Counted from the stretch's first letter, positions 18,083 through 24,781 are shown. The stretch is 32,000 bases of DNA from Nitrosococcus oceani ATCC 19707 (GCF_000012805.1 NC_007484.1:1410001-1442000); one strand, 5' to 3'. The notes: generated by a model from the letters alone, not told the origin. A program made the numbers and translations.

Positions 18083-18607
18083 TTACTGATACGCTGCAAC
18101 GATATTCTCAAGGGTTTCATGTTCGTTGTATTCTCTGATTTTTTTGATATTTCCGAAGTCTTTTTCTATGGGGTTAAAGTCAGGGGAATAAGGGGGGAGG
18201 AATAAAATTCCCGCCCCTGTTTTTTTGATGATTTCACGTGAAGAAACGGCTTTGTGGAACGGAGCATTATCCATGATGACAATGTGGTTGCTGTTGAGCA
18301 AGGGGCAAAGCTCTTTTTCCAGCCATGCATTGAACACAGCCGTGTTACAGGTTCCCTCAAATAGAAACGGCGCTTCAAAGCCTTCATCCATACGGGCGGC
18401 CAATAAAGAGGTTCGCGGTCTGCGATGACCGGAGATCAGACCATAAACACGCCGCCCCTTTGGAGCGTAAGCGTAACGACGGGAAACCTCCGGCTCAAAA
18501 CCGCTTTCATCAAGATAGACAAATCTTTTGCCGCGGCGGCGATAGCGTTCACGAAGGCGAAGAAAGCTCTTTCTTTTCATATTACAGCGCTGCGTGTACC
18601 CCGTCAT
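18083..18607 (-). CDS. IS630-family transposase, DDE catalytic part (orfB), in the +1 frame relative to orfA
   Basis: DDE triad context: VYLDESGF, IVIMDNAPFHK, LPPYSPDFNPIEKDF. It overlaps orfA at an A8 run (T8 on the plus strand, 18607-18614). Confidence 0.8.
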   Translation of the reverse strand: MTGYTQRCNMKRKSFLRLRERYRRRGKRFVYLDESGFEPEVSRRYAYAPKGRRVYGLISGHRRPRTSLLAARMDEGFEAPFLFEGTCNTAVFNAWLEKELCPLLNSNHIVIMDNAPFHKAVSSREIIKKTGAGILFLPPYSPDFNPIEKDFGNIKKIREYNEHETLENIVAAYQ

Positions 18608-18914
18608 TTTTTTTACGGGTTAACCCCATTTTGTGCATCGCATGCCAAATACAGTAATACGAAACGCCAAAATGCCGGGCGCGTTCTTTATAGGTGAGAG
18701 CAGCCTTGTCTTCCACATGGACCCGTAAAGCCTCCCAGTCCAGCTTGTGTGAACGGCGAGGGCCGGGACGCTCGTAACACAGCGCATCATCCTGCGACAA
18801 CCAGCGATAAATGCTCGCGCGGCCTACCTGAAATCTCCGGGCCGCTTCCGCCTTGCTTCCACCGCCCCTTACAAAATCGATTACTCGTTTGCGCAAATCA
18901 ATTGAACATCTCAT
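18582..18914 (-). CDS. IS630-family transposase, N-terminal HTH part (orfA)
   Basis: MRCSIDLRKRVIDFVRGGGSKAEAARRFQVGRASIYRW... is a helix-turn-helix. It ends shortly after the A8 run. Confidence 0.8.
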   Translation of the reverse strand: MRCSIDLRKRVIDFVRGGGSKAEAARRFQVGRASIYRWLSQDDALCYERPGPRRSHKLDWEALRVHVEDKAALTYKERARHFGVSYYCIWHAMHKMGLTRKKNDGVHAAL

Positions 18915-19012
18915 CACAACAGTATGAATGAATATAACACAAATGTCTCAATATTTATAAATTTAGATATAACGCCCCTCACGGCAGGCGTTAGACCTCG
19001 TATCTAGGGGGC

Positions 19013-19051
19013 GTAACCTACAAGGTTACATACCGTAACCTCAGCGGTTAC
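19013..19051. promoter_or_regulatory. Two tandem palindromes GTAACC-N5-GGTTAC directly upstream of higB (candidate HigA operators)
   Basis: O1 at 19013-19029 is gtaacc tacaa ggttac. O2 at 19035-19051 is gtaacc tcagc ggttac. O2 ends 8 nt before the higB ATG. Confidence 0.5.
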
Positions 19052-19059
19052 AATTCTTA

Positions 19060-19231
19060 ATGATTAGGAGTTTTGCTCACAAAGGCATGGAACGGTTTTA
19101 CCAAGCTAGTGGCAAGTCGGGCACTCAGGCGAAACATGCTACGCGACTGCGGCTAATCCTCTCTAACCTGGATGACGTTTCGCTTTGTGGGCCGTGATGC
19201 AGAAACTGTGAATTACGAAGATTACCACTGA
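19060..19231 (+). pseudogene. higB: higB (RelE/ParE-superfamily killer protein) with an internal deletion plus frameshift
   Basis: The N-terminal 39 codons MIRSFAHKGMERFYQASGKSGTQAKHATRLRLILSNLDD run into a stop at 19195-19197. The +1 frame then reads TFRFVGRDAETVNYEDYH* (stop 19229-19231), the typical HigB C-terminus. The middle third of a roughly 92-aa HigB is missing. Confidence 0.7.
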
Positions 19232-19243
19232 CGAGGTTGGCTC

Positions 19244-19540
19244 ATGAATATGCATAATCCCGCTCATCCAGGCGAGATTCTAAGAGAACTGGTAATTGAG
19301 CCTTTGGGGCTATCGGTCACTGAGGCTGCCCGTCATTTGGGCATAAGCCGAAAGACCCTTTCTAAGGTACTCAACGGTCGTGGTGTAATTACGCCGGAGA
19401 TGGCGTTGCGGCTTGAAATGGTATTCGGCAAGCCGAATGCAGCACACTGGCTCAGGCTGCAGAACGCCTATGATCTCTGGCAAACCCGTCAGCATTGCGC
19501 CGATATGCACGTTACGCCTGTGAAAACCCATGTTGCTTAA
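19244..19540 (+). CDS. higA: HigA antitoxin (XRE-family HTH, VapI-like)
   Basis: [55 protein letters not shown] is the canonical HigA/VapI HTH. Confidence 0.85.
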   Translation: MNMHNPAHPGEILRELVIEPLGLSVTEAARHLGISRKTLSKVLNGRGVITPEMALRLEMVFGKPNAAHWLRLQNAYDLWQTRQHCADMHVTPVKTHVA

Positions 19541-19552
19541 TGCTTATGTTTG

Positions 19553-19613
19553 GCCTAACTCGGCGCTCCAGCCGACGCTGCTAAAGCGGCGTGGCTGAGC
19601 TTGGTCGATAGGT
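19553..19613 (+). other. attC-like recombination site (61 bp) after higA
   Basis: GCCTAAC-tcggc-gctccagcc-[gacgctgc taaa gcggcgt]-ggctgagc-ttggtc-GATAGGT. The R'' box fits RYYYAAC, and the L''/L' boxes pair with one extra base in L''. The R' box reads GAT instead of GTT. Confidence 0.55.
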
Positions 19614-20001
19614 CGGCGCATCGTCGAATTTGCCAAAGAGATCGGATACCCGACGATTGCGGTAGAAGAGCTTGGCGGTATTCGTAAGGGGCGCAAACTG
19701 CGAAAAAAGCAGCGCACGGATTTGAACCGCTGGGCCTTTTATGAGCTGGAACAGTTTATCCGCTATAAAGCAAAACACCTTCGGTATGGCGGTCATCGGG
19801 ATTGACCCGAAGTACACCAGCCAAGGGTGTAGCCGCTGCGGACATACTGAGAAGGCTAATCGACATCAACATTATTTTCTCTGTAAAGCGTGTGGCTATG
19901 AGTTGCACGCTGATTTAAACGCTTCTCGTAATATTCGCCTGAGAGGTGTCCTTGCGAGGCAAGCTCTTTGCCAGGATGCGGCGCTGTCATGCATCGCTTA
20001 A
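19614..20001 (+). pseudogene. tnpB: tnpB (IS200/IS605-family OrfB, RuvC-like nuclease) remnant, 5'-truncated and frameshifted
   Basis: Frame A reads ..RRIVEFAKEIGYPTIAVEELGGIRKGRKLRKKQRTDLNRWAFYELEQFIRYKAKH and stops at 19803-19805. Frame B (track ORF 19741-20001) continues FGMAVIGIDPKYTSQGCSRCGHTEKANRHQHYFLCKACGYELHADLNASRNI. This covers the RuvC E and D motifs and the zinc finger. Only about the last third of a TnpB is present. Confidence 0.75.
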
Positions 20002-20075
20002 GCACAGGACGTTGATCCAGGCTCGAACCTTGGGGAGTTCATGGGCAAGCCGCCTGCTTTAGCTGGCGGTACATG

Positions 20076-20285
20076 ACTATCCAATGATAATAGTTGCTTA
20101 TCTGGCAATAGGGATACACAACCCCGTTAAAACAGTTGCAGATAGCGCCAACAAATTCCTACTAAGATTCTCTATCCTCATCCTCCAGATAGATGTCCCC
20201 GCGCCTATTATTTCCTCTCAAGGTTACCGGATACAGCACACTCGCAAAACCCGATAGCAGACCCTTTCTCTCCTTATTCCGTGCG
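20076..20285 (-). pseudogene. RAYT / IS200-like Y1 transposase (COG1943-type) fragment with stops and a frameshift
   Basis: My minus-strand translation gives ..GLLSGFASVLYPVTLRGNNRRGDIYLEDEDRES**, matching the family N-terminal block (HV..RGNNR..IF..DEDR). A second frame gives ..FNGVVYPYCQISNYYHWIV, matching the family block AYcLMsNHyHLlv but with a degraded HUH motif. Confidence 0.5.
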
Positions 20286-20366
20286 GATGCTATAGTGCCT
20301 GAGACGAATAGCCTCCCGCACTTGATCGAGGAGCTTAGGCGGGGACTTGGGCTTTGAGATATTCAT
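20274..20366 (-). pseudogene. 5' stub (30 codons) of a tyrosine recombinase with an integron-integrase-like N-terminus
   Basis: MNISKPKSPPKLLDQVREAIRLRHYSIRTE*. The block LLDQVRExIRxRHYSxRTE(QAY) is the start of the SAM-like N-terminal domain typical of IntI-type integrases. It is followed immediately by the RAYT fragment. Confidence 0.5.
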
Positions 20367-20380
20367 GCGTATATCACCGA

Positions 20381-20410
20381 TTGGCAAAACTCAATAACTT
20401 CAGTTATAGA
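20381..20410 (+). promoter_or_regulatory. Candidate outward promoter (TTGGCA-17/18-TTATAGA) between the integrase stub and the first rightward cassette
   Basis: Hexamers read directly. The position is analogous to a cassette promoter, and there is no other support. Confidence 0.25.
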
Positions 20411-20668
20411 TATGATATGGGTTATTTTGTTCTCCATTTAAGAGAGGGGAGGTGTCTTATAAGACGCAGGTCGCAAAACGAATAGAGAAATAAGACGGAG
20501 GTGCGCATTAGCCAAAACCCATATACGCTGCCGGGATGAGCAATTATTTGATGTAAGGATAGAAATAGGGATTGGTCGGTGGTCGGTTGCGTGTAAAAAG
20601 GCGCAACTTAGTCAGTCTATTTTATGTTGGGCGTTTAATATAACGAAATAGATAAAGAGAGGTTAACT

Positions 20669-20890
20669 ATGAATAGAAAACTAACCGCCATCATTGAAAG
20701 GGAAGACGATGGCTATGTAGCACTTTGTCCAGAGGTGGATGTGGCTAGTCAAGGCGATACTATTGGCGAGGCTAGAAATAACTTGAAAGAAGCGTTGGAA
20801 TTATTTTTCGAGGTCGCATCCCCTGAGGAAGTAACGTCACGGCTACATGAAGAAGTTTATGTTACTTATGTGGATATAGCAGTTGGGTAA
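20669..20890 (+). CDS. hicB: HicB-family antitoxin (UPF0150)
   Basis: MNRKLTAIIEREDDGYVALCPEVDVASQGDTIGEARNNLKEALELFFE is the typical HicB N-terminal fold sequence. SD agagagg lies upstream. Confidence 0.8.
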   Translation: MNRKLTAIIEREDDGYVALCPEVDVASQGDTIGEARNNLKEALELFFEVASPEEVTSRLHEEVYVTYVDIAVG

Positions 20891-21101
20891 GCTTAAAGTC
20901 TTCTCCGGTAAAGAGGTCTGTCAAATACTGGAAGCCCACGGTTTTGAGAAAGTGAGGCAACGTGGAAGTCATATAGTTATGCAAAAACAGATATCGGGAA
21001 GCACAGTTACCGTACCAGTTCCAGATCATAAAGAAATCAGGGCAGGCACGCTGATGTCTATCATCCGACAGTCAGGTCTTCAACGCAGTGAGTTTGAATA
21101 A
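20883..21101 (+). CDS. hicA: HicA-family mRNA interferase toxin (YcfA-like)
   Basis: ..SGKEVCQILEAHGFEKVRQRGSHIVMQK.. is the HicA dsRBD-like core with the catalytic His context. The TTG start at 20883 overlaps the hicB end by 8 nt. Confidence 0.8.
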   Translation: MGKLKVFSGKEVCQILEAHGFEKVRQRGSHIVMQKQISGSTVTVPVPDHKEIRAGTLMSIIRQSGLQRSEFE

Positions 21102-21110
21102 GCGAAAATC

Positions 21111-21182
21111 GCCCAACAATGCGCTGCACCTGACCGCTTCGTCGCTATGCTCCTCAGCAGCAGGTGAGCTTGGTCGTTAGGC
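21111..21182 (+). other. attC-like recombination site (72 bp) after hicA
   Basis: GCCCAAC-aatgc-gctGcacctg-...-caggtgagc-ttggtc-GTTAGGC. Both R boxes fit the consensus (RYYYAAC and GTTRRRY). L'' carries one extrahelical G relative to L'. Confidence 0.65.
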
Positions 21183-21218
21183 ATTTGTACTTGTGACACC
21201 GTGCTAGGAGGAAAAGCA

Positions 21219-21431
21219 ATGAGAATATTAAATGCGTTAACCACAGTAGTGGTCTTAACTCTGTGGTCATTTTCTGCATCAGCAACCTCGATCTACACGA
21301 TAACGGAGAGTGGGGACATGCTTTTCTATAAGTATGCTGGTTATAACGACGGATCAGCCAATTGGCCTATACAGGCGAAGAAGATAGGCAATGGCTGGAA
21401 TTTCCGAGAGGTCTTTGCTAGCGGTACCTAA
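21219..21431 (+). CDS. Small secreted protein, single beta-propeller-blade-like fragment
   Basis: SD aggagg lies 8 nt upstream of the ATG at 21219. Signal peptide MRILNALTTVVVLTLWSFSASA. The mature part, IYTITESGDMLFYKYAGYNDGSANWPIQAKKIGNGWNFREVFASG, looks like one tachylectin/tectonin-type repeat. The 5' extension in the track (GTG 21201) was not used. Confidence 0.5.
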   Translation: MRILNALTTVVVLTLWSFSASATSIYTITESGDMLFYKYAGYNDGSANWPIQAKKIGNGWNFREVFASGT

Positions 21432-21533
21432 AGGTATTGCCGAAAAATTCAGTGAACACGGACCCATAAGGCGACGCGCCTTCCTCTACGCTACAAGGCG
21501 AACGGAAAAAGGCTAGGCTCGATCAACGGCGAT

Positions 21534-21589
21534 GCCTAACGAGGCGCTGGAGAGGGACGCCGCAAAAAGCGCGGCGCCCCTCGTTAGAT
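21534..21589 (+). other. attC-like recombination site (56 bp) preceding the 491-aa ORF
   Basis: GCCTAAC-gaggcgc...cgccgc aaaaa gcgcggcg-cccctc-GTTAGAT. Both R boxes fit the consensus. The ATG of the next ORF overlaps the last bases of R' (gttagATG). Confidence 0.65.
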
Positions 21590-23063
21590 GAGCCGAATAA
21601 ATGAACTCTCGGCGAAAAATATAGGAAGAGAAATGACCGATATAGTTTCAAAGAATACTCATACCGAGCTTATTGAACCTCAAGCTCAAAGGGTCGTAGA
21701 TTTTTTAGAGCAAATTGGACTCCCAGCGGACAATATCATAGCCGAACAATCGGAGCGTTCGATAATTGGTCAAACTCTTCCTGCTTACATCGAGTCTTTA
21801 TCTCCTAAAATTAAAAGAGATGCACGCTACCTCTCGAAGTTCGTCGTTGGCGCTGGGTTTGGTCTTTTTGATTATTCTTTAAACGCCATTTGGAATGAGG
21901 TGGTTTTAGATTTACGAAAAAAAGCAATAACATATGGGATAGATATATTTTTCGATTCTGCCGTTGGAGGGGGTAAAAATAGGGAGTTCTACAAGACTGA
22001 AGATGACCTTGGCTCATTGAAAGATGCGGTGCTACTCGATACCTGTCGAAAGTTAGAACTAATTTCTGATACGACATATAAAAAGCTCAAGCATATATTG
22101 GATATGAGAAATGACATTGGAATTTCTCATCCAACCACTTACACAATCAACGCATTTGAATTGCTTGGTTGGTTACAAACCTGTATACAGGACGTTTTAA
22201 ATGATCGGCCTACCGAGGCGGCATTACAAGTCCAAGTCTTCATAAAAAATTTGAAGTCTTATAACGCGCCAATTGATGCTGCTAGGCAGCGCCAGATTGA
22301 ATCGAAAATATCTGAACTGCCAAGCCATCACCTCGCGAGTATTCTTAGAACCACTTTCGGAATTTATGTCTCTCCAGAAACAGACCCGCAAGTCAGAAAA
22401 AATATATCTGTGATAGCGCCAACGATATGGGCTAACTGCTTAGATGAACCAAGATATAAACTGGGAATAATTCTTGAAGGTTACAATACTAATCTTCACC
22501 GCGAAAAATATGAGTTAGGAGAGCAGTTCTTTCAGGTTGTCGGGGGAAACCCATTTAGATCTCCCAATGAACGGGTAATAAACGTAGATACGCTGCTTGA
22601 TCAACTTCTTGAAAAGCATAATGGCTGGGATAATTTTCATCATGAAGCGCCTGTTGCAGATTCAGTCGCGTCCTATATTCAGGAACAAAATGGCATCCTT
22701 CTAAATAATGCCGAGAAGCTAGTGAAGGTAATAATGATGTGTCGAATTGGCAGAGGAGTTACTTATTGCAATGGGGTTTCGCCGAGAGGTAGGGATTATT
22801 ATGACCATATACTGTCTCAGCTAGGTGACAAATACGCGCCTCACGCAATGGCAATTCTCACTCATTACGAGATTCAGAGAAAATTGGAAGCTTCTGTTTG
22901 TAGAGAGCAGGCCAAGCAAGCATTGGAAATGATTAAGCAAAGCGTTGTAAATGCACGCCTAATTGAATGCCTGGATTACTTGATCTCAAAAATAGAAAAT
23001 AATGGTAAATGTGCCTTGGACAGCGAGTTTAAAAAGTTATCGACGCAGTATATAAGCTGGTAA
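21588..23063 (+). CDS. Uncharacterised 491-aa protein with an N-terminal-half HEPN-like domain (R-N-x5-H) and an unknown alpha-helical C-terminal half
   Basis: It is the only long ORF in a visibly AT-rich segment. The motif ..TYKKLKHILDMRNDIGISHPT.. fits the HEPN Rx4-6H signature with a polar residue after Arg. The preceding helix pattern is like DUF4145/Abi-type HEPN domains. No recognisable motif is seen after about residue 210. An alternative start is Met16 (21633). Confidence 0.55.
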   Translation: MSRINELSAKNIGREMTDIVSKNTHTELIEPQAQRVVDFLEQIGLPADNIIAEQSERSIIGQTLPAYIESLSPKIKRDARYLSKFVVGAGFGLFDYSLNAIWNEVVLDLRKKAITYGIDIFFDSAVGGGKNREFYKTEDDLGSLKDAVLLDTCRKLELISDTTYKKLKHILDMRNDIGISHPTTYTINAFELLGWLQTCIQDVLNDRPTEAALQVQVFIKNLKSYNAPIDAARQRQIESKISELPSHHLASILRTTFGIYVSPETDPQVRKNISVIAPTIWANCLDEPRYKLGIILEGYNTNLHREKYELGEQFFQVVGGNPFRSPNERVINVDTLLDQLLEKHNGWDNFHHEAPVADSVASYIQEQNGILLNNAEKLVKVIMMCRIGRGVTYCNGVSPRGRDYYDHILSQLGDKYAPHAMAILTHYEIQRKLEASVCREQAKQALEMIKQSVVNARLIECLDYLISKIENNGKCALDSEFKKLSTQYISW

Positions 23064-23065
23064 TC

Positions 23066-23182
23066 ATCTAACAATTTGCTGCACGCGGACACATACTGCT
23101 ACGCTCGTTTCTGTGTGTCGCCGCGCTCCATTTTACACAAAAACGCTCTTCGCAGTATGTGCCGGTGAGCAAGGCGATAGGT
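23066..23182 (+). other. attC-like recombination site (117 bp) after the 491-aa ORF, with a degenerate R' box
   Basis: ATCTAAC-aatttgctgcac...cacatactgc (23090-23099) pairs with gcagtatgtg (23152-23161). It ends ...ccggtgagcaaggc-GATAGGT. The ends are homologous to the 21111-21182 site (aacaatNNgctgcac / ggtgagc...taggN). Confidence 0.5.
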
Positions 23183-23203
23183 CGGCGCGAAGCGCCGACC
23201 TAT
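23177..23203. repeat. REP-like perfect palindrome ATAGGTCGGCGC-GAA-GCGCCGACCTAT
   Basis: 12-bp arms with a 3-nt loop. Its first 12 nt (ataggtcggcgc) also occur at 19608-19619, at the attC/tnpB junction. Confidence 0.75.
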
Positions 23204-23230
23204 CGGGTCGAAGTTGAACCCCCGGTCGCC

Positions 23231-23254
23231 ATGGCGGCGCAAAGCGCCGCCTAT
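23231..23254. repeat. REP-like palindrome ATGGCGGCGC-AAA-GCGCCGCCTAT (related, shortened 5' arm)
   Basis: 8-bp perfect stem ggcggcgc/gcgccgcc, lying 27 nt after the first copy. Confidence 0.65.
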
Positions 23255-23696
23255 CTCCCGTTGGAGCGGACACCGCTTCGCGGCTTCGCCCCCTTGGTTG
23301 GGAAAATGAGGGTCCAAAATCAGCTTCTTTTAAGCGTATATTACGCAGCAAAAGACTACTAACTCCGAAGAAGGAATGAACCCACATTTGCTCAAGTCGG
23401 GGGTGCCGCTCAACTTCGACCCGTTGGGCGTCAGAGCAACGCCGTAGATTCTGGTGACGTCTAGGAGTTGAGAGCTAGTGATATCAATTTTCGGTAAAAG
23501 TGACACTTCTATCTGGGTTCCAGTCGCAAAAGGCAAAGGTGGCGGTCCGGCTAGGGCGTTTCTGCCATTCAATTCGTTGCAGCGGACACTTGACCCGCCA
23601 CCCATTTTTGCTGCCGCAAAAACGGGTGGCGCCTCAAATGCCGCTGAACTCAGGCGTTCGGCGCCGCAAGATTATAAGAGTGGGGAAGATATTTGC

Positions 23697-24692
23697 ATGA
23701 GTGATCAGAAAATATTCGATAGTTCACTCCCGGCGGATAGCCCACGCTCTCTGCCGTACTGTGCGTATCCTCGGGCACGGGAGGTTACACAGCATGGGGT
23801 ACAAGTGCTACCGGCAGTCTTGCCTCTCGTGGATTTCACGCAGGCGCAGCCCTATCGCAGCATACAGTACAAGGCGATTGAAGCCGCACGACTACTCCCA
23901 GCCCAGGTGATGCAGATGGCACGAGTTGTGGCAACGGCGTTTGCACGGCGCGAACCCCAGATCCGCCACCTCCAGCCCCCCAAATCTCCGCCGACGGGGC
24001 TGCTGAACGCACGGCATATCGATCCCTTCGGCACAGACGCCTTCGGTCTATGGACCCCGGAAAACCTGGTCTACTGGGCCATCCGGCTCCTGATACTCAC
24101 TGATCCCACCAGCCCGAAGGGCACCATGCAGATCAACGACGAGGCATTGGCGCAATCGCTCGCCATCGTTGATAGGACAGGGCAGGTGATTGGTGGCGCG
24201 TTCAACAAAACCATGCTTTCCCTCGATGAGCCACCGCCATTTCGCCAAGACGACCTCTTTCTGAGTGCTGTCTTGTCGTTTTTGCAGCCAATCTTCACCC
24301 TCTTACAGACCCAGGAGATCGAAGGACTCTCGGCGTTGTGTGCCCAGTTTCCGGCATTTCAGCACGCCTATGCACAGGAGAAGGTTGGCCACCATTTCAT
24401 GGTGGCACGGTCCGATGCGCTCCCCAAGGAGGAGGCGTTTGAACTCGTGGCGGCTAGCGCCGCGCATTATCAGGCCCTCGGGTATGCATATATGGTGACT
24501 GAAGCGAGCAATCAATGGACCGGAGCCGCGTGCGAGGTGCTCGGTGGGGTACGTGTACACTTTGCGCCCTACCAGGCGCGTCACACGGTACACCAGAGCC
24601 CAGAGCCGTTGGAAGGCATCGTGACAAGCCCAAACGGGTGGCTGTCGAACAAAGACAGTGGCAGTATGTTCTACGTGCTCAGTCTCGCGTAA
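23697..24692 (+). CDS. GC-rich orphan protein, 331 aa (possible degenerate GNAT-like fold; function unknown)
   Basis: I trimmed the 404-aa track ORF to the ATG at 23697 (MSDQKIFDSS...) with ggggaag upstream. The extension is low-complexity and overlaps structured repeats. ..ARVVATAFARREPQ.. and ..GYAYMVTEASNQWTGAACEVLGG.. are only weakly reminiscent of acetyltransferase folds. Confidence 0.55.
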   Translation: MSDQKIFDSSLPADSPRSLPYCAYPRAREVTQHGVQVLPAVLPLVDFTQAQPYRSIQYKAIEAARLLPAQVMQMARVVATAFARREPQIRHLQPPKSPPTGLLNARHIDPFGTDAFGLWTPENLVYWAIRLLILTDPTSPKGTMQINDEALAQSLAIVDRTGQVIGGAFNKTMLSLDEPPPFRQDDLFLSAVLSFLQPIFTLLQTQEIEGLSALCAQFPAFQHAYAQEKVGHHFMVARSDALPKEEAFELVAASAAHYQALGYAYMVTEASNQWTGAACEVLGGVRVHFAPYQARHTVHQSPEPLEGIVTSPNGWLSNKDSGSMFYVLSLA

Positions 24693-24781
24693 GGGTTGGT
24701 CAACACACCGAGCGGCTGGAGAAGGGGAAAGGAGCAGACAATTCGGGCTTTCTCCCCGTGTCCCCAGCCGAACATAGAGAT

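Larger units (their letters stand above)
18068..18969 (-). mobile_element. IS630/Tc1-mariner family insertion sequence, ISY100-like small type (about 902 bp)
   Basis: Terminal inverted repeats tagctaaatctataa (18068-18082) and ttataaatttagata (18955-18969) match at 13 of 15 positions and extend to about 25 bp with mismatches. TA dinucleotides flank both ends (18066-67 and 18970-71), as expected for IS630 target duplication. Two overlapping transposase ORFs lie inside. Confidence 0.8.

Noticed and set aside
17995-18996. An attC site split by the IS630 element (left part 17995-18067, right part 18970-18996 ending GTTAGAC)
   Set aside because: Not called as a feature. The R' box and an L''/L' pairing (gctgccg / cggcaggc) are plausible, but the best R'' candidate (TCCCAAA) pairs poorly with R'. 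It is kept only as a tentative note in the integron finding.
20586-20632. attI or a short attC upstream of hicB (GGTTGCG...CGCAAC hairpin, GTTGGGC at 20626-20632, direct repeat GGTCGGT GGTCGGT)
   Set aside because: The distance between the candidate R boxes is too short for an attC, and I cannot validate an attI by eye. It is mentioned but not annotated.
23099-23696. Minus-strand ORFs 23099-23317, 23133-23387 and 23330-23605, and the 5' extension (23478-23696) of the 404-aa ORF
   Set aside because: They run through palindromic repeats and encode low-complexity Gly/Pro/Arg/Ala sequence. There are no start-site signals. An ATG at 23697 with an upstream purine-rich stretch is a better start for the plus-strand gene.
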